From Candidatus Latescibacterota bacterium (GTDB lineage: Bacteria > Latescibacterota > UBA2968 > UBA8231), in contig CBDFJF010000002.1 of the NCBI GenBank assembly GCA_965248265.1, positions 2,464,001 to 2,528,000 of the forward strand: 64,000 bases of DNA, read 5' to 3'. The translations under genes and the position numbers were made by a program. The notes beneath the pieces are model-generated. The model made no database searches and was not told the DNA's origin. It was given only the letters and a program-made list of their open reading frames with translations. Positions 1 to 10,936 of this stretch are shown in pieces (the first letter of the stretch is position 1; every line of letters starts with the position of its first letter).

Positions 1-2
1 TT

Positions 3-1469
3 CCCGGATTCTACAGCGCTGAGCATCATGACAGCGAAGACGGCTACGACTCGGTGGAGTGGGCGGCGGCGCAGCCGTGGTGTAATGGGGGAGTCGGTAC
101 CTTTGGAGCCTCATATGACGGCTGGACGCAGTGGGAACTCGCCCACACCCGGCCGCCCCATCTCAAGGCGATGATGCCGAGCGCGATCGCCGCCAATTTG
201 CTTGACAGAGAATTGTCCGGGGTGCTGCGGCTGGGCAGGGTGCTTTCCTGGACCATCGGCAATCTGTCCGTGGACACGGCACGCCGCGCCGGCCGGCCTT
301 TTCATCCCGAGAGCCTGGATGAGGCACGCCGCCTGTGGGTCGAGCGCGACCGCTCCAAGTGGCTGTGGTACCTGCCTCTGAGGGAGATCCCTGACGAGTA
401 CATGCCCAACATGGGTGGGCACTGGCGCCGCTGGCTGGATGACCACACTGGGGATCACTTTGGCTTCGAGGCACGCCACAAGGAGATCGACGTACCGGTC
501 CTTAACGTCACCGGCTGGTACGATCAGCAGATCGGTATGATCAAACACTTCACCGGCATGAAAGAGAATGGGCCAACGGAGCACACGCGTACCAACCAGT
601 ACCTGATCATCGGACCCTGGACGCACATTCTCGTCGACATGGTGCGCCAGGTGGGGGAGGTAGACTTTGGTCCGGAGGCGGTGCGAGATTACTACGAGAT
701 CGCCGATCAATGGTACGGCCGCTGGCTCAAGGGCAAGGACACGGCCGCGAATGAGTGGCCACCCATTCAGCTGTTCACGATGGGAGCGAACAGCTGGCGT
801 GGCGAAAACGAATGGCCGTTGGCGAGGACGCGCTTTACCGAGTTTTATCTACACAGCGGCGGTAAGGCAAACACGGCAGGAGGGGACGGTTCGCTGTCGC
901 AGACAACGCCGGTTCAAGAACCGGTCGATGAGTACACCTATGATCCGCGCGATCCGGTGATGACGCTGTTTTCGCCCGTGGGACAGCAGGAACCCATAGA
1001 TCAACGCTGTCTCGATGGGCGTCGTGACGTGCTGTGTTACGGCACACCGCCATTGGAGGAGCCGCTTGAAGTCACCGGGCCGATAACCGTCAAACTATGG
1101 GTGGCTTCATCGGCGATCGATACCGACTTCGTGGCCAAGCTGCAGGACGTGTGGGAAAACGGCTTCACCCAGGAGCTGTGTCATGGCATCGTGCGGGCCC
1201 GCTATCGCGATTCCTGCGACAATGACAGTTTGATGACACCCGGTGAAGTCTATGAGCTGACGATCAAAGTGAACCCCACAAGCAATCTGTTCCGGCGCGG
1301 ACACTGTATTCGCCTGGACATCACCAGCAGCGACTTTCCGAACTTCGATCGCAACCACAACACGGGTGGCAACGACTACGCCGAGTCGACCTTGATGGCA
1401 GCTCGACAGACCGTGTTCCACGATGCCAGTCGGCCGTCGCATGTGATTCTTCCGGTGATTGCCCGGTGA
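3..1469 (+). CDS. CocE/NonD family hydrolase (peptidase S15-like); 5' end lies outside the window
   Basis: Frame open from the window edge (EDGYDSVEWAAAQPWCNG). Nucleophile motif GASYDG, GWYD and GPWTH motifs. C-terminal PepX_C-like domain (YDPRDP...ITSSDFPNFDRN). Confidence 0.9.
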   Translation, partial: PGFYSAEHHDSEDGYDSVEWAAAQPWCNGGVGTFGASYDGWTQWELAHTRPPHLKAMMPSAIAANLLDRELSGVLRLGRVLSWTIGNLSVDTARRAGRPFHPESLDEARRLWVERDRSKWLWYLPLREIPDEYMPNMGGHWRRWLDDHTGDHFGFEARHKEIDVPVLNVTGWYDQQIGMIKHFTGMKENGPTEHTRTNQYLIIGPWTHILVDMVRQVGEVDFGPEAVRDYYEIADQWYGRWLKGKDTAANEWPPIQLFTMGANSWRGENEWPLARTRFTEFYLHSGGKANTAGGDGSLSQTTPVQEPVDEYTYDPRDPVMTLFSPVGQQEPIDQRCLDGRRDVLCYGTPPLEEPLEVTGPITVKLWVASSAIDTDFVAKLQDVWENGFTQELCHGIVRARYRDSCDNDSLMTPGEVYELTIKVNPTSNLFRRGHCIRLDITSSDFPNFDRNHNTGGNDYAESTLMAARQTVFHDASRPSHVILPVIAR

Positions 1470-1499
1470 GTTGACCATCTCGCCAATGATGGCTACGAA

Positions 1500-3284
1500 T
1501 CTCAATCGGCGTGTAAGGGAAACCACACATTGCCGTGAGGTGGCCGATACACTCATGAGAACAGACGCGCAGGTGAGTCAGAGGGAGCGCCGGGGTGGAC
1601 CGTCGCTTGCTCACAAGCCGGCACCATGCCGGCCTCCGCAGACATCCGAGTACCCTCCTGCCGCCGCCGCGAGCCGGAGAAGGGCCCCCTCTACCAGATC
1701 TTCGCTGAACATCTTGAGACCTTTCGCCAGCAAGCCCGAACCTCCGAGCACCGCCTGCCGTTCCACGTCGAGAAGGAGATGCGAGCTTACCTCGAGTGCG
1801 GGGTGCTGGCATACGGGTTCGTGCGGGCGCGTTGTGAAGAGTGCGGCAAGAGCCGGGCGGTGGCATTTTCGTGCAAGAAACGCGGTTTCTGCACCTCGTG
1901 CGCCGGCCGGCGCATGGCGGATACGGCGGCCCGTCTGGTGGACGACGTGTTGCCGCACGTACCGGTGCGGCAGTTCGTACTGAGCTTTCCCTACGAAATC
2001 CGCTACCGACTGGCCTGGGACGGCGAGTTGATCTCGGCCGCACTTTCGGTGTTTCTGCGCGTGATCGGCCGCTGGTATCGACGCCAAGCGCTGGCCTCTG
2101 GGTACGCCCAGGGGCCAGCGGTTCCGTCACCTTCGTACAGCGATTCGGGTCGTCCTTGAACCAATCCCCACGTGCACGTCCTCATGCTCGACGGGATCTA
2201 CGTCGATGGGGACGAGGGACCACAGTTCGTGCTGGCGCCGCCGTTGACGGACGACGATGTGCAACAGATCGTGCAGACAAGCGCACGCGGATTATCCGGC
2301 TGTGTACGAAACGCGGCCTGCTCGACGACACCCAGACCGACACCCTCACCGACGAAGAGCCTGTGCTGGCCGCCATCACTGCGGCCTCTGTTCGCGGCCT
2401 CATCGCCACGGGTGAGCGCGCTGGCCAGCGGCTACGACGAGTACTTCGGGATCCGGCCACAGGGGTACGCACGGGGCCTTTGTGCTTTGCCTCGCGCGGT
2501 TTCTCCCTGCACGCAGAGACCCGGGTCTCGGCCGATAACCGTCTGGGCCTCGAGCAATTGTGCCGCTATGTCGCCCGACCCGCCCTGGCGGCGGGACGAT
2601 TGCGCATCATCGACGCCGACCAACTCTCCTTCGCGCTGAAGACGCCCTGGACAGACGGCACCACCCACCTCGTGCTCTCACCTTTCGAATTGCTCGAGAA
2701 ACTCGCCGCCCTTGTACCGCCGCCACGGCTCAACCTGATACGATATCACGGCATCCTGGCGCCCAGCGCCCGAGACCGCGCCAAGATCGTGCCGGGATGC
2801 GGAAACGAGTCCGAGGCACAGTCCGAGTCGACCCACCGGCCCTGTCCCCATCGCCTGTCCTGGTGCCAATTGCTGGTGCGCGTGTTTTCCATTGACGTTA
2901 CAGAGTGCCCCGACTGCGGGGGCCAGATGAGAATTGTTGCTGCCCTGACGGACCGCGCTTCGATTAGGTCTTACCTTGAGGGGGTCGGTCTGCCGGCTCG
3001 GCCTCCACCAATCACACCGGCACGGCCTTCTCTGCAGTCTGAGCTCGAATACGCCGCCTGATTCGAGCGGGTTCCGCCTGATCGAGGGGATCGATGCGCC
3101 TGAATCGACCTTACGGAGCTGCAAAACCGCCAAAAACCCATCCTCAGCCCTGAATCCAAGACCATCATGCTTGGCGAGCTGAGCGAAACGCACATCGCGC
3201 CCCTCACAAAGCCCAAAGTTCCACTCGACACCAAGCCCCCAAAGAATCTAAACTAACGATAAAGGGCTCTTATCGTGCCTAACC
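1500..3284 (+). mobile_element. ISCR/IS91-family element; right (oriIS) end at 3284, left end approximate
   Basis: The transposase is followed by a ~220-bp non-coding tail ending CTTATCGTGCCTAACC, then GTTC (3285-3288), a known IS91-family target tetramer. terIS was not located. Confidence 0.7.
1626..3061 (+). pseudogene. IS91/ISCR-type rolling-circle (HUH) transposase, frameshifted
   Basis: N-terminal zinc-binding region (YLECG...CEECG...FSCKKRGFCTSC), VQRFGSSLN, HUH motif PHVHVL, GFSLHA, LCRYVARP, LIRYHG and C-terminal CPDCGG. The motifs are split across frames, with shifts near 2113, 2162 and 2283. Confidence 0.9.
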
Positions 3285-3723
3285 GTTCGGTCTCATGGTT
3301 TGTCTCCACTATTTGATGAGCACTTCACCGTCATGCGCTCAAACTGAAAAAACGCGGACTGTAAGGCGAACGATGGGTCCGAGCGGCAATTCCGGCACGG
3401 ATTGTGTCGATCTACCGAAGGCGGTACTCGAGCAGATCGACCAATACACGCCTAGGGTGTGACGGCGGATCAATGCTTTCACCTGTTGGTAGTTTGGTGG
3501 GGATGCGACCTGGGCGACGTTACCGACCATCACGGAATGCAGACGCCCTCGGTCAAGTCCATCAATCGACAGGAACGCGATACGATTTCTTGGTGATGAG
3601 TTCGTGATCCGACATACGAGTCATCTCGAAAGCATTGTCAGTCAATGGCAGATAGTAATGGGTTTCAGCTTGCTGCTTGATGAAACCCTCAGCGTAGGCG
3701 CAGTTCCTATACATACCGAAGGC

Positions 3724-3932
3724 CCTGAATCGAGCGCACCGCCTGATCCCACAGGATCGATGCGCCTGCAAAACCGCCAAAACAACATCCTCAGCGCCGA
3801 ATCCAAGACCATCATACCCCGGCGAGCTGAGCGAAACGCACATCGCGCCCCTCAAAAAGCCCGAGGTTCCACTCGACACCAAGGCCCTGAGGGATCTAAG
3901 CTATCTATAACGGGCCCTTATCGTTCTTATCC
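3724..3932 (+). repeat. Second copy of the IS91 non-coding oriIS tail, without transposase
   Basis: Aligns with 3057-3284 from the stop-codon context to the end (e.g. GAATCCAAGACCATCAT, GGCGAGCTGAGCGAAACGCACATCGCGCCCCTCA, GTTCCACTCGACACCAAG). Has an internal deletion of about 18 bp and ends CTTATCGTTCTTATCC. Confidence 0.9.
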
Positions 3933-4070
3933 GTAAGGGTGTGGGTTGTTTTTTACGTGATTTGGCAAGAAATAGGGACCCTGATTCCGGGCACGAATGT
4001 ACTTTGGGTGTAAGCACTTACGCCCAAACCGGGAGGAAGTCCCGGATGGGGTATCCGCAGGAGTTAGTCG

Positions 4071-4778
4071 GTGCCTAGCATTCTAATTGCAGATGACGAC
4101 CAGAGCATGTGCCTCACATTGAGCATGATGCTAGGACGACAATGGGACGTAACGGCGGTGAACTGTGGTCAAAAAGCGATCGACCATCTTTCCAAGCGGC
4201 CGACCGATGTGGCACTCGTCGATGTTTACATGCCAGGCATTGGCGGGTTGCAGGTGCTGCGTGCTTTGCGAGAAAAACGTATCCCCACGGATGTGGTCAT
4301 GATTACCGGCCAAGGGACAATAGATCTCGCTGTCGATGCCATGAAATTGGGAGCAAACGATTTCCTCGTAAAGCCCCTCGCCACGCCAGTCTTAATTGAA
4401 AGGATATCCGAGCTCATGCGGTTGAGACACCCCTTTCGGAGCATCCTGTCTAGACGGCTGGACGAATATTTGAAGAGCAATCTGGCCAATGTGGCCCTGA
4501 ATCTCAAACACGTGTGCCACCAGTTCTGTATATCTGAGGGTTACGTCTGCCGGCAGTTCCGTGAAGGTTTTGGTACGACGTTTCGTGCGCGGTTGAACCG
4601 TCACCGGATCGATGAGGCAAAGCGGCTCATCGCAAATTCCACTCCTCTCCCGATGAAATCCGTCGCGCAGCTCTGCGGATACAGGAACCAACGACGATTC
4701 TGTGAAGCCTTCAGAAGGCTTGAAGGGCTCACCCCAACAAACTATCGATATGGCCTATCCGTTCCCAACCGACGATGA
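4071..4778 (+). CDS. Response regulator, receiver domain plus AraC-type HTH
   Basis: ILIADDD, LVDVYMPG, MITG and FLVKP receiver motifs. C-terminal VAQLCGY...FCEAFRRLEGLTPTNYR. GTG start after AGGAG. Confidence 0.88.
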   Translation: MPSILIADDDQSMCLTLSMMLGRQWDVTAVNCGQKAIDHLSKRPTDVALVDVYMPGIGGLQVLRALREKRIPTDVVMITGQGTIDLAVDAMKLGANDFLVKPLATPVLIERISELMRLRHPFRSILSRRLDEYLKSNLANVALNLKHVCHQFCISEGYVCRQFREGFGTTFRARLNRHRIDEAKRLIANSTPLPMKSVAQLCGYRNQRRFCEAFRRLEGLTPTNYRYGLSVPNRR

Positions 4779-5112
4779 CCATTGAGAGTTGCCACGCCCC
4801 ACCGTATCCGCGTCAAGCGAGCTCCAGGGATTGAGTCCGAGATCGCGCGTGTCCGGGCCGACGACCAAAAGCGTTGGATAGAACGCGGATCCGTGAGGGC
4901 AGCACCGTATTCATCTCGCCGCCGCTTTGCTGCCACTATTGCGATGACGTTCCGTCCAGTAGTAGCCTTTCCGCTTAGTTGCACAAAAACCGAATCAATT
5001 GTCAACAATACCCTTTTGGGCAGATTGGTTCGCCTCTATAGTTCGACTGCGCAAGTTGAGAATTGGTACCACCACCACGCTTGATTCAGTGACAGTCAGG
5101 AGGCTAGGCAGG

Positions 5113-6177
5113 ATGGGACACACTCCTATAGTGCTGATAGGCCTATTTACGTCACTACTGACCTTGGTTAGGCCTGCCGACTCAACGGCGATCAGGGTCT
5201 GCGTAGACTGCCCGGTTGGGGCCCCTAACTTTCCAATCACGGCTGGCCACGCCTTCGTTCAGATGATTCCAATGGCTGGTCCCCAGGTCGGGAACCAGAA
5301 TCTGGTCTATGGGTTTTACCCGGCTGGCAACAATCCATTTGGAGCCGGCAAGGTGCGCAATGACAGCAAACGTCCCTGGGACTTTTGCATCACCTACAAT
5401 GTGACCCCTGCTCAGTACAACGCTGCTGCGGGAACTATCAACGCCGACATCGCAGCCCCCCCCGGCTACAACTTGTTCAGCAATAACTGTGTGGACTGGG
5501 TCAACAAAGTCACAGCGGCAGCTGGCATTGCTCTTCCGAATACCAAGAATCGAGCAGGCATAGATGACCCGAACGCGCTTTGGTCCTCGCTCAATTCAAT
5601 TGGCGTTGGAGGCACGTCTGGAGGCGGCACCGTCACGAACAACCCAAACCGCGTTTCAGTGGGTGGAACCCCGCTGGAATCCGCCTCTCCACGCAACTTC
5701 AGCTTTGAAGGAGTCGAGTACTCTGGCCATACCGATCCGTTCGACTTGGCGAGTTTCATGGATCTTCCGTCAAATGTCGACACCCTGGACAGCCATACAG
5801 TCAAAACTTCAGATGCCTACAACATAACTGTCGAGGGGGTTGACCCTGCCAACGTCTTGATTTCGGTCGACTGGGGAGATGGCACCGTCTATGACGCTCA
5901 GATGGTGGAGTTTTCACATATTTACGAGGTGCCTGAATCATACATGGTCTCCCTGCTCATCATCGATCAGGCGTCTGTCTACCGCTTCTTGATCCCAATC
6001 CAGATCGCTGATGATGTAAGCACCCAATCGAGAACAATCGGTGTCGAGACACTTCCTGCTGCGACAGGCATCAATCCGAACTTCGGCGACGATCCCATAC
6101 AACTCATCGATGAGCCCGAGGATGGCACTATTGTCGCACCGGCTAGCTGGGGAGAAATGAAGCAGCTGAGAAGATGA
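5113..6177 (+). CDS. Secreted protein: papain/NlpC-like catalytic domain, PKD-like domain and C-terminal SWGxxK motif
   Basis: Signal-peptide-like N terminus. Motifs GHAF, YGFYP and YNLFSNNCVDW, PKD-type VDWGDG, and ending VAPASWGEMKQLRR. Start placed at ATG 5113. Confidence 0.65.
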   Translation: MGHTPIVLIGLFTSLLTLVRPADSTAIRVCVDCPVGAPNFPITAGHAFVQMIPMAGPQVGNQNLVYGFYPAGNNPFGAGKVRNDSKRPWDFCITYNVTPAQYNAAAGTINADIAAPPGYNLFSNNCVDWVNKVTAAAGIALPNTKNRAGIDDPNALWSSLNSIGVGGTSGGGTVTNNPNRVSVGGTPLESASPRNFSFEGVEYSGHTDPFDLASFMDLPSNVDTLDSHTVKTSDAYNITVEGVDPANVLISVDWGDGTVYDAQMVEFSHIYEVPESYMVSLLIIDQASVYRFLIPIQIADDVSTQSRTIGVETLPAATGINPNFGDDPIQLIDEPEDGTIVAPASWGEMKQLRR

Positions 6178-6233
6178 ACCGGCCAAAGGGCCCAGCGAAT
6201 GCCATTTCGATATGCGCGGGATCGTCACCAGGC

Positions 6234-6256
6234 GTGGTGGCTGTGCCGTCATTTTT
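6234..6256 (+). terminator. Possible intrinsic terminator
   Basis: GTGGTGGC-TGT-GCCGTCAT stem with several G-U pairs, followed by a T run, downstream of the 5113-6177 gene. Confidence 0.3.
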
Positions 6257-6322
6257 GATTCAACTGAACCGCTCCTCGGTTACGCGGCCTGAAACTGAGA
6301 TTCTCAGAGGAGGGGAAATCCA

Positions 6323-6860
6323 ATGCGTCAGACCCTAAGGTGCGGATTGGTTCTGCTCCCTACGGCACTTACATGCACCGGCCTGGGAGGTCTCCTCGAC
6401 GGTGCTTGGGCAGCTGAGAACGGGGATGCTGTCAGTTTGCAAGAGACCGCGGTTGAGGGAACAGAGCAGTAGAATTGATCCTTGATCCTCAGGCCGTGTC
6501 CGAGGGTTACGTGAATGTGATCGTTGACTTGGACGGGGATGGACTTGAACCGAGCACGGACGACTGGTAGGTCCACCACTCAGCACTAAGGTCAACAACA
6601 GAGGCGACGGCACCGGCACGTTTGACTTTGTCAAACGTGAAATCGAAGCGAACGAGGACGTCGAACTTGATATCCACTACTTTTCAGATGGGGGCGTGTT
6701 CAGTGGTGCACACTTCGTAACTGTCGCTGGCTGGTTCGACGATGGAACAACCCGCAAGCTCTGTTTCAAGGATCCCCTAACCGGGGGGACGACTGTCGAT
6801 TGCTTTTTGATTGACGTGCTTGCCAGCTCGAGGATACGCCTTGGGCCAAAGATACAATGA
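6323..6860 (+). pseudogene. Decayed secreted protein, C39/papain-like peptidase remnant
   Basis: Strong RBS (GAGGAGGGG) and a signal peptide (MRQTLRCGLVLLPTALTCTG...). Broken by stops and frameshifts. The last segment reads FDFVKREIEANEDVELDIHY...GAHFVTVAGW...FKDP. Confidence 0.5.
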
Positions 6861-6883
6861 CTCCGGTTAAATGGATACCCCAA

Positions 6884-6904
6884 TGCTGCCTATCGTGCCT
6901 AACC
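6884..6904 (+). repeat. Short oriIS-end remnant
   Basis: TGCTGCCTATCGTGCCTAACC; the last 14 nt plus the following G are identical to the IS end at 3271-3285. Confidence 0.65.
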
Positions 6905-7133
6905 GAAAAGCCTTGGCTACCGCCACGCAGCTCCAAGAGCGAGGTAGATGGAAGAACCTCCCAGACAAGGTGGAGTTTGTAGTGGTATTAATCCATCCGT
7001 ACTACTACGGATGTGCAAATGTGCACCTTGTGAGCCAATTACATACTCCTTAAAAACGTGCTGTCGTCATTGCCTGGGATATAGTGCTTGCCCAGGCATC
7101 AAACAACCAAATGAACCCTCGAAGGAGAACAGC

Positions 7134-8246
7134 ATGCTTCGCCTTGTGCTGGCAATCGCCATCGTGTTGTGCTCAAGATCTGTCTCCGAGGCTGGAAAAC
7201 CCATCATCGGATGCTGTGAGAAGGCAAACAATGCCGGCTCAACTGACTGCGGCAATATCCACAACTCGCTTGAACAGTTGTACTGCGGTGGCGGACTTAT
7301 CCAAGGCACCTACAAGGCAGGCCTAGTGTGCAAGAAGTCTCCCGGTCCTGGCTGCGAAGCTACCACAACAACAACACCAAAAGACCAAGACGATGGATCG
7401 AGGAACTTTACCTGTGTGGGAATTCCAATAAACCAAGAAGGTGGTATCTTGAGTTGCTCCTCAACGAACGACGAACCAGGTTTGGCCGATACACTTTGGA
7501 TTCCAGAGGAACTCGGAGGGGGAGCAATCGTCACGGAGGACTTTCAGGTGGACTTGGTGATAGGGTATGAGCCCTCTGCGGATGACGAAGAATTGTTCAT
7601 GTTTTCGATTCAAGTGTTTGAGGCGACTGCACCATCAGTGGTTCTCCCGATACCGACAAACCCCTTGTCTATTAGGGAGCCTAACAAAGAGACGGGTCCA
7701 AACACGGTTAGCGCGACAGGTGGGATAGGAATTGGCAGCTGGGATTCAAGAACGAAAGCAGTGGTTGGTTCTTTCAGCACGACTATTGTGAATGATCTCT
7801 TCACGGAGCAGTCCCCGCTGTATTCGTTTCCCAGTCTTGATGGTACCTTTGACGATGAGACTGGAATTGCCTCACTTGCTTGGAAGGCGAATGTCTTTTG
7901 GCCCGATGACTCACTGCCAACTATTATGACTGCAGTCTCGGAGGAGGTATCTATTTCGCTCCCGGAAGTACCCAAACTTCTACAGAACTATCCAAACCCT
8001 TTCAATAGTACCACCACGATTCGTTTCGACATGCCTTACAGCGGGAGCGTGAAGGTCTCAATATTCGACCTGTCAGGTCAATTGGTGCGGACACTCGCAG
8101 ATGTCTATCTGCGTCAGGGATCCCATCACATGACTTGGTCTGGGCTAGACAATAGGGGCGGCACGGTCGCAAGTGGTGTGTACGTATGCCAGGTTAGCAC
8201 TGGGAGTGGTTGGACAGAATCGAGGCGAATGGTTCTACTGAAGTGA
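7134..8246 (+). CDS. Secreted protein with Cys-rich N terminus and T9SS type A (FlgD-Ig) C-terminal domain
   Basis: AAGGAG RBS and signal peptide. GCC...C...C...C...C module followed by a Thr run. C-terminal LLQNYPNPFNSTTTIRF...VASGVYV...RRMVLLK. Confidence 0.85.
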   Translation: MLRLVLAIAIVLCSRSVSEAGKPIIGCCEKANNAGSTDCGNIHNSLEQLYCGGGLIQGTYKAGLVCKKSPGPGCEATTTTTPKDQDDGSRNFTCVGIPINQEGGILSCSSTNDEPGLADTLWIPEELGGGAIVTEDFQVDLVIGYEPSADDEELFMFSIQVFEATAPSVVLPIPTNPLSIREPNKETGPNTVSATGGIGIGSWDSRTKAVVGSFSTTIVNDLFTEQSPLYSFPSLDGTFDDETGIASLAWKANVFWPDDSLPTIMTAVSEEVSISLPEVPKLLQNYPNPFNSTTTIRFDMPYSGSVKVSIFDLSGQLVRTLADVYLRQGSHHMTWSGLDNRGGTVASGVYVCQVSTGSGWTESRRMVLLK

Positions 8247-8483
8247 GTGTCAGGGCACCTGCGAGTAGAATTATGCTGCCACAGTGCGGTACCGCGTCAC
8301 CCGTACAACTGACCGCTTGTTGATTGCCGATACACCGTAACTACAAGCACCCATTTTTGTAACTATCTGTACCCATCGCCGGCTTGACTCCGATTCTCTA
8401 GCTCTCCGTCCATGCAGTCCTTCTGAGCACTTTGAATCGCCCCGGGGTTGCCGGAGGCTCCTTTTCTTGAGAGGATTGGAGTC

Positions 8484-9715
<1,232 letters not shown>

Positions 9716-9745
9716 CCGAGTCTCCGGAAAACCCGGGGCGATTCA

Positions 9746-10897
9746 AACCGGATCCTCGGGTACGACTTCACCCCGCATCTGCCCGCCCTGTGGTACGATG
9801 ACGAACCCGATGCCGAGCACTTCCGCGACGAGTATGAGCGTGCCATCCATGCCAGATTGGATGAGACCTACTACCTTCCGTTACGCGATTGGTGCAGCGC
9901 GCATGGCATCGACCTGACGGGCCATCCCGCCCACAGCGACGAGATGGCGCCGCTGCGGTACTTCCATGTGCCGGGCCAGGACACCGTCTGGCGCTCCGTT
10001 CTCCCGGACCATCCCAGCGCGTTGGAGGGCAAGGATTCGCCCCAGGCCAAATGCACCTCATCGGCGATGATCCACGGGCGCGGGCGCCGCAACGCCAACG
10101 AGTGCTGCGGCGCCTACGGACACGAGCTGACTTTCGATGAGATGATGTGGCTGGGCAACTGGTGCCTGATCCGCGGCGTGAACCTGCTGTTCCCGCACGC
10201 CTTCTACTACTCGGTGCGCGACGGCCGCGGCGATGAGCGCCCGCCTGATGTCGGGCCCAACAGTGATTGGTGGGATTGTTACGGGGAATACGCCGATGCA
10301 TGCCGCAGGATATCCTGGCTGAACACCGACTGCCGCCACGTCTGCCATGTCGCCATCCTCGCCCGGTCATACCGCGCCGGTTGGGCGACGGCGAAGGTCT
10401 GCTTCCAGAACCAGATCGACTTCAACTATCTCGACGAGCGACACCTCTGGGAAGACGCAGTCGTCGACGCGGAGGGTATCCATCTCGCGTCGATGGACTA
10501 CCGTGTTCTGGTCGTGGAGGATGAGCCCGACGCGCGTGCTGCCGCTGCGGTGGCCGTGCTCGAACGCGCCGGTCGCGTCATCCGCTATGAGTCTGGAGTG
10601 CGCGACGAGCGGTTGATCGCAGAAATCGATCGGCGCGCACCGCGCGACGTCACGGTATCCCCCGCCGTGCCCGGCCTGCGCGTCCGGCACGTGGTCAGGG
10701 AGAGGTGGCACTGGGTCATGCTGTTCAACGAAGTTGCCGCACCTGCGCAGATGGAGATCGACCTGTCGGCGGTCAACGGCCAGGTGGAACGAGCGATCCT
10801 CTTCGAGCCTAGGACCACCCAGGTCATTGACCTGCCGGCAGACAGACGCCTGCGATTGGCGGGGCATCAGGTACAGGTGATCGGCGTGCCAACTTGA
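9746..10897 (+). pseudogene. 5'-truncated glycoside hydrolase (GH106/alpha-L-rhamnosidase-like)
   Basis: The frame is open directly from the IS3 right end (NRILGYDFTPHLPALW...YYLPLRDWC...LTGH...ECCGAYG...RGVNLLFPHAFYYS). There is no native start. Confidence 0.7.
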
Positions 10898-10936
10898 TTA
10901 ACAGCCTGACTGTCTGACTGCGCCGTCCGGGAGGGC

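Noticed and set aside
1841-3061. 406-aa ORF as an intact transposase
   Set aside because: Its N-terminal part is out-of-frame sequence and it lacks the HUH motif; it is part of the frameshifted gene.
4742-4764. CTATCGATATGGCCTATCC|GTTC as a further oriIS copy
   Set aside because: It lies within the regulator's coding tail and needs a gap to align; it cannot be told from chance.
6776-6783. CCTAACCG match to the ori motif
   Set aside because: Only 8 nt, explained by the DPLTG codons.
6994-7013. Perfect hairpin CATCCGTA-CTAC-TACGGATG
   Set aside because: Single copy with no T tract or assignable role.
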